Of a DNA stretch of 64,000 nt, positions 26,634-40,656 are shown piece by piece (within the stretch, counting starts at the first letter, position 1; every line of letters starts with the position of its first letter). The notes under the pieces were generated by a model, which was given only the letters and a program-made list of their open reading frames with translations, did no database searches and had not been told where the DNA came from. The translations under genes were made by a program, and so were the position numbers. This DNA comes from Podarcis cretensis (lineage: Eukaryota). Where the stretch lies: positions 40,052,001 to 40,116,000 of the forward strand of contig OX638150.1 in the NCBI GenBank assembly GCA_951804945.1, read 5' to 3'.

Positions 26634-26661
<28 letters not shown>
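26634..26661. repeat. (TG)n microsatellite
   Basis: Directly visible run. Confidence 0.95.
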
Positions 26662-26664
<3 letters not shown>

Positions 26665-29600
26665 AACGTTGCTATCAGAATTTCAATTCTAAATTCAGAA
26701 GTCACAGAAATTCAATATCTACCCTAACTTTCTTCTTTTTTGAATAGCAACTACTGTTGTTTCGCTAAATGTTCCCTTCTCACACTTTTTATTGCTGAAA
26801 ATTGAGTCGTTGCTTTCCTCTGTAGTCTTCTGCTTATATGCCAGTGGGCATATAAGACTGGATTGTTGGAAAAGCTTGAAAAATTAACTGTGTAATCATT
26901 CTGTACCTCAGAAGATTGAGATGTCTGTCTTATGTATGAGAACGTGTGCAGTTTTACAATGCATGAGTTTTCCCAGAAGCCAGCAGTGACTAGGAAATAT
27001 TTTACGGTCATCCCAACTATGAAGATTAAAAGCTTTTGTCATCTAGAGTTTCAGAGCAGAGTATAAGGTTCTGTTGGAAGCCTAACTTTGTTTTCTATGT
27101 GACCCACAGATGTTTTCATCTCCAAAAAGGGACACCATTGCTCATAAAAGGTGATTAAGGCCGTTACTGTAGAACATGTGTTGGTGCCACATATTATTGG
27201 GGAGGGATTCTGAAATCCATCAGGCTTATTGACCGGTAAAGTACTACTGAAAACAATAGCCTGCAATTTTAAATAGTAAGAATTATGTTGTCTTCAGTGG
27301 CAGCTCTGTAACTAATAAAAAGTTTTACTTGACTTTCATGCTCTTGATGTTCTCATTTTGAGGTGATCCTTATGTTCTAATTTGCTGTGCACAAAGCACC
27401 CTTCTCTTTATTTAGTCTATTGTCAAATAAGAAAAACAAAGCATACCTATTAAAATGAGCACCCAGAGATGTTGGAAGCATTGCCTAATATCTGTGCTAG
27501 TTGCATAAAAGGGAATGGTTTGAATTGCAAAGTGATGTCTGACATTTTCAGCTGTACATGCCGAAATATTCTAAATATTTAGAGTAATTCATTTTAGTAC
27601 TTAGAACTGCATATTCCTTCACATAACAAAGAAAATATATAAACCCAGCTCATACATTGTTGGTTATTCACCTCTTCTGAAATTTATCGGTTGTCCTTGT
27701 AATCTCTGTTCCAAAAATAATATGGGGAAACATTTAAGGGAGGCATTTTGTGGTGCTTTTTTAAATTCAATTAATCACTATTAAAAATCTTTTCTAAAAA
27801 AATATTATTGTGTTCTTTTTGGATTGATGCATCCAAAAAAGTCTTTTGGGGAAGCCAGATAATTAATTGATTATTATTTTTAGACATGTCCTGTGATCCA
27901 TTATTTTTACTTCACTCAGAAGTATGTGGCTTTCTCCAATGATACGATACTGCTTGTCACAATGGTAGCTGGAGGAATTTCTTTTTATGCAATGCAGCAG
28001 GCTTCTGTATGGTGGCATGTTGCCTTTTTTTACAGGTAGAGCAACACGACAGGTGATAGTCCTATATATCAAGTCACTTTTTCAGTTTGCTTGTTTTTAT
28101 GTGTGTGTGTAACAGTAACCTTTTTAACATGGCCATATCAAGAATACGTCAAATGTAAAATATGCTCTGTTGGGTGTGCTTCCTTTCATAACTCTTTCAT
28201 AATATAACAGTGCTGCTACAAAACTGCTTTCCCAAGTTATACAGTGTTGGAAATTTTGTTGTGTTCAATATCTAAATGAGAAGCTACCCAGGATTTCATT
28301 TTTCCAGAGTCTGACCCTGAAAAAAACTTTTAAGTGTTGGGTTGGCTGAAACCCCCGATAAAGCAAAAGTCTAGTTGTGTTAGATAGCAGTAATATATTC
28401 TGTGAATAAAGGTTTTGAGTTGGGTCGCTTAATGCAGACAAAATCTATTTAACTGCCCTGAGGCTCAGGCCAGAATATGACCATTACTAACATACAGCCC
28501 ATTTCCAAAAGTGATTTTGAAAGTGATCCTTTCCCCATTGAGTTCAGTAAGATTTTCTTCCTATGACTTCAGTTAGTTCAAATTGCAGCCTTAGGCAAGG
28601 CTGAAAATATTAAAGTGAGTACCATATGAGAAATAAAGCCACACAGAGAGCTTGCTCACTTATGATATGATACCCCCCAAATATAAACACTAGTTCTACT
28701 TATGTGTAATGCAAATAATATATTTAACAAGTAATCATCTTTTGTGCTAATCTTTGTTAATCAGCTTAATTTAGTACAATTACAAATTGTTTAAACTTGG
28801 GTATTTCGCTTGGAGTATGGGAAGAAGAAATTAATCCTGCAAAACAAAATATTTCTACAGTTGAAGGATGATGGTAAAACTTGTTGATAGCATTTGTCTC
28901 TGTTTTTGTAAATGTAGGCATTATTATGATGCATTCTGTGACTCTTACATTCCAAGATATTTCGATAATTCTCTTGAAAAACAAAGCAATAGCAATTACA
29001 ACAGCAGTTCACTGTATTTCAGCAGTTTATTTCAGCAGTTTATTTACTAAATTCCCTTTCTTTTTTCAGACTATTCTACATTACTTCAATCTCATTTTAA
29101 CATGTGATGTTACTAGTTAAAGGCAAGCACTGCTGCAGTTTTCTTGTTTAGAGCCATATTCAAAAGCAATTCTAAATAATTTTCTTTAATGCTCTGCATT
29201 ATTTAGAACCTCTCCTATTGAATTTAATAGCAAAATCTGTGTTTTGAACCAGAAATCTGTTGAAATGTAACAAAACAATAATAACAGATTGATACATGTT
29301 TGGGGTTATTGTTTTTTGGGATGGGTTTTTTTCTTTTATTTTTTGAACCTATAGGGTCTCTTTTTGTGTTTTTATATTATCTGTAATCCTCAGATGAGAG
29401 TGGTATAGAAATTTTTAATAATACATTTGTTTAAGCTCCAGTGATTATAATACAGTCTTTTATGTATTTGTTGGAGGTTTATTTGTTAAACACAGTCATT
29501 CTGATTAGGTAGTTTATGAAGATCCTGTGTAATATCTTAGTTTTTGAAAATCTATCGTTGCTTGTGAAAAGCAACGTCATTAATGTTCCTGAATTTTCTT

Positions 29601-31561
29601 TCAATAGCTCTTTAAATAATATTGGTTTTAAAATCTTGTCCAAAGTAAGCAGAACAGATTGATACATTTCTGATTCATCTTGGTACCAGTGTTCCAACTT
29701 TTACAACATTGTAATATATTTCATTGCGCCAAATTGTAGCTTCTGTGTTTGAATATTTGCCCCACTGTTTAACAGGAATCACTAAGGTAACTACTTCTTC
29801 TTCTCCTCCTCCTTCCTTACCTGCCTTTCACCGTAAAGTCCAGGGGCGGATTACAACATTAAAAACACCATTAAAAACAATTTGAAGCAACGGAATTCTT
29901 ATGAATTACATCTATTAGACTTTAAGGCCAATGAGCAAAATGTCTAAGGGATTACCTATGTTGATTGTACATTCTAATGTTGGTTGACTGATAAAAATTG
30001 TCCACTTTTGTTGGTTTTGGAAAAAAATATATCCCTTGGAACTATCTCTCTAAGTATAAAACCTTACTTCTTTAGCCAGGTTTATAATAATTCAATAAGC
30101 CACTAATATTTCAAGAGAAGAGTAGTTGTACTATTTATGGAGTGTGTGATATATCCCACCCTAGAATCACTTGATTTGTTGAAAGTGGAGAAAATAAATA
30201 AGCAAATCCTTGTTTCATGCAATTAGAAAATAAGTGCTCTTAAAATGAGATACATTTAGCCTATGTATGCAGTTTGTAAAATTAGTGGAATTGAATAAAT
30301 TAACACAAAATGTTACTAATTGAACAATATATCAGTCAAAAATAGAAATGTAGCAAAATAAATTATTTTTATTACTAAAACAAAAGAATCTATTTTCTAA
30401 GGGGCATTTAAAAACTTTGGGTGAATGTCTACAGAATCAATTATTTTCTCCCACTTTCTTTTTTCCTGGTATGATATTCACTGATTAATGGCATAACCCT
30501 GTTAAAAACCAATTACAATTTATGAAGGACCCCCTTCAATCATAACCCCCAAACTAGAATTTTGACCTAGTATTCAGGTGCACTATCTCCTTAGCAGCAT
30601 TTCTGGAGTTGCATCTGTGATTTGAGATATATGTGTAGTCTTGTTAGAGAGAAATTATCTGGTTCCTGTGAGTAATCTGGTTAAATCAATGCATATATTG
30701 CTTTTCAAATTGAAGCTGTTGCTTTAAGTCTAGGCTTCATTAATCAAGTAACTGAAAACAATAGAACACTTTACTCCCCTATCTATGGAACTTTTCCCCA
30801 GTATGAGATTTGACTGCCCCACATTTTATATTTATTAAGCAAATAGCTGAAGATCTACCAATTTTTACCCTTTGGATCATAGCAAGAGTGGCACAACTTG
30901 TTCAACTGTATTGCTCAATTTTCATAAATTGTATTTTATAGTAAATAGTGTTTTAAGTATATTTTTACTGAAGTATTTTATAAATGTTAGTTGCTCTCAA
31001 CTGTGTATGAGGAACTATAGTGTACAATAATTATATTTCCCATGTCACATTTTGAAATATTAAACTGCCTATTAATAGATAATAATAGGTGTTGCCATAC
31101 TGTTCAAGGACATGAGTTCTTCCTTATATTTACAAGTGTTTGTAAAAGAAAAAAGTCCAATAAACTAATAAAGATTTGAGTTTTTCAAAGTGAAACTAAT
31201 TTACTATCTGCAAGATTGTATTAGTGTATCTGTTACCAGCTTTAAAACAAGCCCAAGATCTTTAGCTCATTTAAGATCCTTACTTGTTCCGAGGTTGTAA
31301 CCATAGAGTGGCATTTATTTGAACTGGTTTGCTCATTATGGGCAAAGTAGGAAACTATGGTTAATTTGAGAATTTCTGGATTAATTTCAGTTTTCACAAA
31401 GGAAGAGACAAAGAGAATACCTGTTTGCAGAAGAGTCTGTTAAATAAGCAAAAAAATGATCATCCAAACTGAGCCAGTACATCAGGCTCCTTACTTGATT
31501 CTGGTGTTAGCAATCCATTTCAGGACCATTTCATTGTTTGCTTTTATTGGTTAGTTATTCT

Positions 31562-31676
31562 CAGGGCTTTTTTTTCCCCAGCCAGAACTTGGTTCCGGCA
31601 CCTCTCAAATGGGCATATTGCCACTATAAGACAAGAAGTTGAGTTCTGGCACCTTTTTTCTAGAAAAATAGTACTG
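31562..31676. mobile_element. Short hAT-type MITE, same family as 9180-9491
   Basis: CAGGGCTTTTTTT ... AAAAATAGTACTG ends; internal GTTCCGGCACC / GTTCTGGCACC; imperfect TSD gttattct/gttatttg. Confidence 0.6.
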
Positions 31677-33142
31677 GTTATTTGAAACAAGGTATTAGAA
31701 GTATAATTCTCAGCAAACATGTAGGGTTCCCCGCCCCCTCTTATTGCAGCAATATTTCTTCTCTCAGTATATTCAAGGAAACCAACATTATTTCCTCCTT
31801 CACTTTCCTTTTCCCTAAACATCTGATAACCGTTTGTTTTTAATCACCCTTACAGTGTACCCTCTAACCCACAGCACTTTCATTGTGTATTGGGGGAGAA
31901 GGCTGTGCCGGAGGGGATTTGGTTTACACTATATACTCCCAATTTATCCTAAAATCTTTTTAATGTTTTTAATGTCAGTCCCCCTCCTCCCTGTTTCCAC
32001 ATGCATATACAGGAAGCTGAGAAACGCTGCAAAAAGTCTCTGGAAATTTCAGGAAAATCTTTGATTACATGTAGGTGTAAAATTCCATGGACCTGCTGTG
32101 TTCTTATGTGACTTTTGGAATTTGCCAGATATTTTCTGAAGAATACACATCAGAGTACATGGTTGGAATTTAAAGAAGAAACCTGGTAACTACTAGTTCT
32201 TTTGGAGCTGTTCACAAGTTATCCAGTTGTATGTTTGCTGTTGGGAAGTGGAATTGTGGTTATAATGCAAGCTAGGAAGCTATGTCTGTGTACTAAATTC
32301 TCAAGTAATTTTAGCAATTTTAATATGCCACGGTCCCCACTCTACTCCAGTGTCCGGTTTTTAAGAAGACCATTGGTCATTTCTTCCATTGTACTCCATT
32401 GTGTTGCTTTAGGTCATTGTACATAATTAAATTAACTTATTTCTTCTTCCATCCCATTCTTCCATCTTTTCGCCTTGTAAATTTTGTATTGTTTATGAGC
32501 CTGTTCAGTATCTAGTAGAAATCTTTTGTGTAGATGTTCCGTTCTGAGGCTTATGTCCGTAGGATATAATGCAAACATAGAAAAACACTCTCACACTGAG
32601 GAAAATTGATTTTTGGCAGTTGCCAAAACCATATCCTGTCCTGTACAGCATGTAAACTAAACATACGTGTTTGGGTAGGGGCACAATGTCTAAGAATTTA
32701 TGGAGATGGGGGATAGATTTTCACTTCTTCCCAACTGCTTTGTGTTTTTTTTAAGAATAAAATGTCATACCAATAGACATGTGGAACACTTACAGATATG
32801 TTAATAAATATCTGATATTAACTGTGGGCAGTATTCAGCAAAACAGTTGTGCACATGCAAGGATTCACATTAGTGCAACTAATGCAACTAGTTGATAAAT
32901 AAACCTTTTGTTTGAGCTTACAGCATTTAAACATTTGCTATTTGGACCCGAAAGAAGAAGAACATTCTGCATATGATCTAAACCTTTATACTTTATATGT
33001 TGCTCATCATGTTTGTGTCTTTATGCTAAGTGATAATTTGGAATATTAGTTAATTTATTAATTCTTCCGTCACAAGCCCTGAGATGTGTGTGTGAATCTC
33101 TTAAGAACACATGATGAATGATAAAGCCTCTTGAGATACTGC

Positions 33143-33226
33143 TAAATGTAGAATACTCCAGCCATCATATGTGTGGCTTTTGCATAAATGTAGAATACTC
33201 CAGCCATCATATGTGCGGCTTTTGCA
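33143..33226. repeat. 42-bp tandem duplication (2 copies, 1 mismatch)
   Basis: taaatgtagaatactccagccatcatatgtg(t/c)ggcttttgca x2. Confidence 0.95.
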
Positions 33227-34269
33227 AAAGATGTGTAGGGAAAGGAGAGTGCACAAAGCAATAATTTTTAAATTGTTCAGCGGCTCTTTCCATGGCCCCA
33301 CATATGTCCATCTAAAATGTGAACTAACAGGATTTTCCTATGTTGTCTTCATTTGATAGGGACATAGAGTGGCAGACAGGGGATTGATGATGATCTCAGC
33401 AGTTGGCATGATTAGAGACAAATGGTAGAGACCACAGGTACAGCTGTTGAAAGCTGTCAGAATCTTGCCTTTTTTCCTGCTTAGATGATCTTCCTAGATT
33501 GTCTTCCTTCATAGCTGGAGACCTTTCAGAGTCATGTGGGTTTTTTCTCTGAAAGCATGACCAAGATTTTGAACTTTTCTGCTTTGCATGCAAGCATCTG
33601 TGCTTTTATTCCTTCAACACCCTGAATCTTTGTTCACTCCATGTTGCTAACACTTATCCAACTTTTCTAGGCTTGGTTTCCCAGTTGTTTCCCTTGTGGG
33701 TTTCTGTGGCATTTCTGTTGCTTGCAAAATAGCTTAGTAAATAGCATCCCTGTCTTTTCTTCCAAAACATGCTTCTCACTTATCATATACAGTGTTTGTT
33801 TGTGTGTACATACACAACACACACACACACACACACACAAAGTTAAGTAGTACTTCAGCAGTTAATTCTCATCTCATGTGCTGTGAGAACTTCTGACTTG
33901 GATTGTAAACTCCTAGACAAACAGTGCCATGAAGAACTACAGTAAACAAATATTAGAGGTTATTTAGATGTGGGAATATGTGCATCATATAGCCTGTACT
34001 CTTGGTACTCTTCCCTGCAACATTTCAACAAGGAGCAATTAAGTATAATACCTTTTCTATTCATTTCAATGCTGGAGAAAGATGGGGGCGCACAGTTGTG
34101 ATGCATGTGGAAGTCCGTCATTGATATTCAAGTGAATGAAACACTTCTTGCTCACAGTGCACAGGAACTCTGTGGAGTTCTCCATCACTGTGGTTATACA
34201 TTATCTCAAAAGCTCACAATCTAAAACAAAGAATACAAGAAAATTAAGGAAGATTGAATGTAAGATGAT

Positions 34270-34365
34270 GTTGGAGTACAAGTTCTATCATCCCTGGTCA
34301 TTGGCCATGCTGGCTGTGGCTGATGGAAGTTGGAGTCTGAACATCTGGATGGCAGGCCGACCCCA
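34270..34365. mobile_element. Short palindromic DNA-transposon relic common in squamates
   Basis: 'gatgttggagtacaagttctatcatccc...ggctgatggaagttggagtctgaacatc' forms an imperfect inverted repeat. Confidence 0.5.
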
Positions 34366-34569
34366 CTGTAGAGGCATTTTCCTCCTAGCAACACAGTTAT
34401 TATGACGCCTTGCCCTAATGGATTTATTGACCCTGTTTATTTGAATCCCATGTGCTTTCTGAATATATTCTGTTCTTGAAAAAATCATAGAATATTTGAA
34501 TTCAGCTAGGCTTGCCAATCTGATGCCACAAGAATAGAGTGGGTAAGCAACCTTCCTCCTATTGTTATG

Positions 34570-34730
34570 AACATAGGAAGCTGTCTTGTGCTGAATCAGA
34601 CCATTGGTACTGCTGTCTGGCAGCAGCTCTGCAGGGCTTCAGATGGATCTCTCCTAGCCCTACCTGGACATGCCTGAATGAACCTGGGACCTTCTGCATG
34701 CAGAGCTTGAGTTCCACTTCTGAACCATGG
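34570..34730 (-). mobile_element. tRNA-derived squamate SINE (Squam3-like)
   Basis: 'aacataggaagctg...gaatcagaccattggt...ccctacctggacatgcc...gaacctgggaccttctgcatgca'; B box GGTTCA on the minus strand. Confidence 0.7.
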
Positions 34731-36383
34731 CATATGTTCTTTGTCATTTCTGTTAGAGGATATATAGGTATAAATATATTGGAAACACTACATGCATCAG
34801 ACAAAACAAAAATAGAAACTTGATTCCTTAAAGGCTTTTTCTCTTGCTGCCTTTTCTTTAATTATACCCTACATTTACTGTGCGAGGTTTCCACATAACT
34901 TTGTCCTGAATATTTATGCGTTTATGCTGCAAGTGTTATGCAAATCTTTGGTCCTAGGTTTCCAGTTGGACGGTGTAGGTGCATAAATGTTGTTATAAAT
35001 GCAACTCTCTCTTTCCCCCTCTCTCTGTGTGTGTTTGTGTATGAGAGAGGGAGAGGGAGAGAGAACAGCCTAAGGGCTGCATACTCGAGCTACAATGTGT
35101 GGTGTTCAGTTCACATATGTTTGAGGTGCACAGGAAATTGAAATATACAAAAGTTCAAACTCCTGCAATGCTACTTCTCATAACCAATTCCCCTATCACA
35201 CTAAATTCCCATAAAGCACATGCCAGTTGCCTCTCTTGCCTTCTCTGGAGGTAGGCGAGCATTTCTAATATAGTGTTTTCCTTTCCTCTGTACCACAAAG
35301 TGGTAATATATTTGTTGATGACAAAACCAACAGGTGCCAGGGCTGTTGGGTACTGACGCTATTTGGCTCAATGCCTACAGTCGCACAGTGGATATATTGT
35401 ATATCTGTAGGTTTTTGTGTCGTTCTATGTCCTTTTGAGGGATGGGATAACCCAGTTGAAATACATACTTAAACTCCTGAGGGATTAGATGTGTTTCCTT
35501 TGCTTTACAGTTAAGAATTTTACAGTTTCTTTGTTTGCAGGTTCTCAGATTGCTTAATGATTCCTCACCCCCCACCCCTTTTGCCCAGGTGTGTATAATA
35601 GCTGTATTTGAACCTTTCTAGGTTTGCCAGTTTTATTACTCAACATATGGTATATCCCTTTATTTCTGTCTGCTATGTCATTCCTTTGCTTTAGGGGCCC
35701 TGTTATATGCTGGGAGTTTTGCTTTAACAATTGGATTTCTAGAATCGGACATGATTCAAGCTGGGAAAGACTGAGATTTGTTTTAGGCATCAAGATACGT
35801 TAATGAAGGTTATTTACAGGTCGTTGTCTTTTTTCCTCCCACCTTCATGATGATTGTAATATGGCTTCCCTAGTTGTGAAGATAAGAACCTTTTGGCTTC
35901 TGCTACAATTTTCATAAATGTGACTTATGGTACATTCATATGGCCATTATTGATGCAATGGCAATCTCCTTTAGCATGCCTAAGACACCGCTTTCTGTGG
36001 GAGTCAGCCTGCTCTCAACATTAGCTGTGGCTGTTACCACTTCAGTACCTGTGTTGAATTTGGGGCTTACGTCGCAGGCAGTTCCCCTGACACAAGGCAT
36101 CTTCTTGACCTGGCTTGTCCATCATGAATTTCTAGGGCTACACAGTCTTCTTCCTTGAAGCTTTATCCAGCAGCAGTTGATGGCTTTGGAGCTCTATTAC
36201 ACAATACCAGCTGTAGGCACCAGGGAAGCAGCTCCTACTGTTATAGCTTTAATAATAATAATAATAAAATCTAGCAATCAACTGAACTCGGAACCCAGGG
36301 CGTGTTTCCAGCTAGTAAACACTATAGCCTCCAATGGATAGCAGTGTTTCAACTATGCTAGTCATCACCATTACCTCAATATA

Positions 36384-36386
36384 TAT

Positions 36387-36422
<36 letters not shown>

Positions 36423-37135
36423 TAAATAAATAAATAAATAAATAAATAAATATCTCACCCTCCCTCCCAAAGGAACTCAGGGTGGCAAACACTTCTTTGT
36501 TAAAAAATTAAAAACCTGTTTATAATGTTTGAAAGCACTTTAATGCAATAAAGCACAATAAAACATCCATAACAGATTTAAGAACACATGTTAATCATGT
36601 GGCTGGATAGACCCACTGAAACAGGAAGATTTTCAGAATTAGAGTTCAGTAATGCTGTCTGCCTAATGTCAGGAGGCAAGAAGTTCTAAAGTACAGGTGC
36701 CGTCACACTAAAGGAATGACTTCTTACAAATGTGGAATAGACATTGTGTGGCCGTTGTAGAAGTGCAAGTTATGAAGATTGTTGTGAGTGAGTTAGGATG
36801 TATGGAGTCAGGCAATCTCTTAAGTAAACTGATTGCAAGGTGGTGAGCACCTGAAATACTGATAATAACATCTGGATCTCAGTGCAGTAGTGACCTTGCT
36901 GGCAGTGCAAATATTTGAGCACAAATGCTGACACTTGTGTCAGCAATTGTGCTGCAGCATTTTGCATTAACTGTGGTTTCCAAGCCAAACACAAAGGAAT
37001 CCCCATGTAGAGTACTTTGCCGTAGTCCTGTCTTTAAGTTACCAGTGCCTGAACCACTAGTCAAGCAGCCCCGGTCCAGGAACAGTCACTGTTGTCTTAC
37101 TAGCTGAAGCCTGTGAAAAACACTCTTAGCCACCA
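36384..37135 (-). mobile_element. L2-clade LINE 3' fragment with tetranucleotide tail
   Basis: ORF 36770..37006(-) has G.PL...WK.QLMQNAAAQLLT, the L2 'LQLVQNAAARLL' motif. The 3' end 'tatctcaccctccctcccaaagga...ggtggc' lies next to the TTTA/TAAA repeat. Confidence 0.75.
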
Positions 37136-37289
37136 AGACTAATGTTTTCTTTGGACTTAACATTTTCTGCTTGCCAATTTACTGTCTGATTTGAATTTTC
37201 ATCTTTGAGAGTCAACATTGTATCAGTCTGTCTTACAGAGATACCATCTTTTAGATGGCTCAGTATTAAGGTATACCCTCATCTTGAAC

Positions 37290-37412
37290 AAACACTTAAT
37301 CTTGCTCTCTCTGTGTGTGTCTTGGTTACTTCATCTGTGAAATTGGAATAATTAACCCCCCACAAGTGCACTCAGAATTAATGTTGGTAATGTTTGCGTG
37401 TAGTTTTGAAAA
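37290..37412 (+). mobile_element. MIR/CORE SINE relic
   Basis: 'cacttaatc...ctctctgtg...ttacttcatctgtgaaattggaataat' resembles the CORE consensus. Confidence 0.55.
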
Positions 37413-39292
37413 TAGGAATAATTGTTAATAGGTCTCTATGTCTATCTTTACTGATTTAAAGAATAAGGCATTTAACTCTTACACACTGGGGAACATGAAA
37501 CTGTTTTTGCTGTTACAGTTAGACTTGAGCACTTAACATATGTGTCCTCCCTTAAAATCTACCCTTCCTCACTGACCCATCTTAACATATCAATAAATAT
37601 GTCTCTGAGTGAATTCACTGTATTCCTATGATTGTTAAGTAGAAAAGCATTTTTATATAATTACAAGCCTAATATCCCTCTTAAACACACCAACATTACC
37701 TATCCAGGGGGTTCTGAATGACTGTCTGTCTCCCTGAATTTAGCATTGAAATGTGAAAACGTTCATTTGCTAGCCTTAATAACATTAAACTTTTTTTGTT
37801 GACTCTTTTTATCAGGAACTTAATATCTCTGCATTAGAGGCAGAAAAGTGTGTATGGAATGCTAGGTACTGTGCACTATTTATTGCACTTCCTTGTTCCA
37901 TTTGGGATTTTTGGGATTTCTGGTCCTTTGTCACCCTAGCTGAGAAGTAAACTGAAACCTTATGTACTAATTCAAACCAATGGCTTGATGTCACCTTCCT
38001 TAAGTACTTTGACTTGAACTCTGAGTTGCCTCCAGGGACTCTGATCCAATGGAGGCTCTCAGTGGCAAAAACAGGAGGTGATTTCTGCCTATTTTCCTTT
38101 CCGCCTGCATCCCCCAATCTTCCGGAGCAGATTTCCAGAGGCCCAGAGAGCTACATCCCCTCTCTTCCTGCCCTCACCTTCACCAGCAGGAGTACCTTGT
38201 GGGTGAAGCTCACACCAGTATATGCAAAGTCCACTTAGCACATACCATGTATTGCAGCCCATCAGCTCTTTGCCTGTCACCAGAGTGGTTAGTGGTGTGA
38301 GCAGGTATCTACCTCTCAGATAAACACCATTTAAGAAAGGTTGTGTGTCTCCTTATCAGCGTGGTTGGCTTAGGTGAACATGTAGAGCATTTTCAAGCCT
38401 TGAAAATACAAAAGTATTTCCCACAAAGGAAGTATCCTGTGTTTTCTTTATAAAGACCGGAAATCCTGTTATAGGCTGAGATCCAAATAAGTACTTAAAG
38501 AGCCTGGGAGTGTCCACTGGGAGGTCAGTGGGAGCTCTTCACTTTAGCACTAGCTGCTTTTGGAACATCCCCTTCCAAAGTGTTTTGCTACGTGATATGG
38601 CAAGCATTCTGTTGATATCCAGAATGGGTATTCTGCCAAGAAACAAAAGTCAAAAGTCCCTTGGACATGCAGAACTAGTTTCCCCTTGCTTTAAAAATCA
38701 TGTTTTGTTTTTCAGTTAACACAGGGAGAGGACTTTGTGTATGTGCGGAGGTTAACTTTCTGCATCTTCCCTATAATATCATAAGGACATATGGGAGTTT
38801 ATTCTTTCATCTATACTTCCATGTACAGTGTTCACTGAATTTGATGTTATCTGCTTGAGTAGGCAATTAAATTCTGATTGGATTCCTTAATATTTTTCAT
38901 AGATAGAAGAGCAGTCAGTTGCGGTGTCAGATATCTGTGCCAGGGTATCTCTCTGCCAGCTTTTATAAGCTTAGATGAATTGTCAATAACTTGTCTGCAA
39001 ATAAGTACAACTGTTCCTCTGTCAAGAGGGCATGAGCAAAGCATCTGGAAATGTAGTAATTTAGAAAGAGCTACTAGTTTAAAAAAGCAAATAGGGAAAA
39101 ACAGATCTGAAGAATAAGGCACCCAGCTTCAGCATTTTTAAAATAAATATACAGTTTATATGAATTATGTATGAAGCATGCATGCATGTCTCTAAAACAA
39201 AGTCTGTATTCACTCTTATGCTTTTTAGAGTTGAATGTCCACCTCCCCCATATTCTCTCTCTTCATTTCAATCCTGAAACAAGATTCTAGGC

Positions 39293-39573
39293 CAGGGGTC
39301 GGCAAAGTTTACTTTGCCTGGGCCAGTTCACTCCAGCGGAGATCCCTTCGTGCGCCAGATAGTGCACGTGTGAGCATGTGCGCCTGCAATTTCTGGTGTC
39401 TGCGTCTGCACAGATGCAATTTCCAGCACTGCAGAAGCGAGTCCCCGCGCCAGTTTCGTGCCGCGCACGGGGACTCGCCAAGTGGGTGGCTCGGTTCGGG
39501 GATGGCTCGTGGGCTGGTTAAATTACCCCCGTGGGCTGCTTCTGGCCCATGGGCCTTAGGTTGCCTACCCCTG
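39293..39573. mobile_element. hAT (Charlie-like) MITE
   Basis: TIRs CAGGGGTCGGCAA / TTGCCTACCCCTG; perfect 8-bp TSD TTCTAGGC (39285-39292 and 39574-39581); GC/CpG-rich interior. Confidence 0.9.
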
Positions 39574-40585
39574 TTCTAGGCTTACTCAGTGGCGCAGGAA
39601 GTGATGTGCACATATGTTCTCAGATTCCACATAGAACGTTGGGGTGTATGTTTGAAGGGTCCCCATGTGAAAATATTGGCTCTCTCTTTTGAAGGATAAG
39701 TTACTCACACACCAATGTTTTCAAGCAAAGCATCATCCTCCAGATGTGAAACCTGAAGTATGAGAGTCATACAGTGTCAGTTCTTGCACATTTGAGTATG
39801 TGAATTACCTCCTCCGGAAGTTTCAGCCATTTTCACCCTCCTACCCCAAAGTTCAAAAAAAAAAGTGAGGTTTACAGGAGCAGCTACTTTCCAAAACGAT
39901 TTACCAAATGGAACAGTCTCATTTCAGTAGTGAAAGCTGGCATAATATGATATATATTCCATTTCAGTTGAAATATATTTCGACTTGGAAATTCTATGAA
40001 GTATGGGGACAGATTGTAAAAACACCCCCACCTTCTATTTGTTGCTAAACATGAAACACATGCATTTGTACCTTCTTACTTTTTTTTCAGACAAACTAGA
40101 TTTCTGTTGGGGCTGTTTGTTTTTAAGCAATATTCATTTCCTCTCCACTCGTCTTTGTTTAGTGCTTTTTAATTGTCAAAGTAGATTTCTTTCTTCAAAA
40201 GCTTTGAAATAAAAGTTCTGGGATTTTTCAGATGATAAAAAAAAAATTCTGGACAACTTCCCAGAAGAAAATTCCACTAATTGAAGCACACTGTTCTTTT
40301 ACAATTAATATTTATAAGTGTATGCAGCATGTAAAGCAGCTTTGTAAAGTGTGTTACAAGAGTTCTAAAAATTAAGAATAAGTTAATTTAAAAGCTACAT
40401 TGGGTGATAGATATGGGCTTAGTGGCTGCTCCTTGTGAAGATTAATTATGAGTGGTTGGAGCAGAGAAAGAGTTTACTTTTATTCCATAACTTCCTCTGC
40501 TCTTTTTAAAATCACGTTTGTTGGTTGTGTACTATTAAGGAGGCAGGACTAAGTTACTTGTGGCTGTCAGGCAGGTTATGCCATA

Positions 40586-40587
<2 letters not shown>

Positions 40588-40654
<67 letters not shown>
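40588..40654. repeat. Inverted compound microsatellite (TG)17 G (CA)16
   Basis: Directly visible; self-complementary. Confidence 0.95.

Positions 40655-40656
<2 letters not shown>

Noticed and set aside
39293-39573. CpG-island promoter of a nested gene (ORF 39235..39579)
   Set aside because: The GC-rich stretch is bounded exactly by hAT TIRs and an 8-bp TSD.
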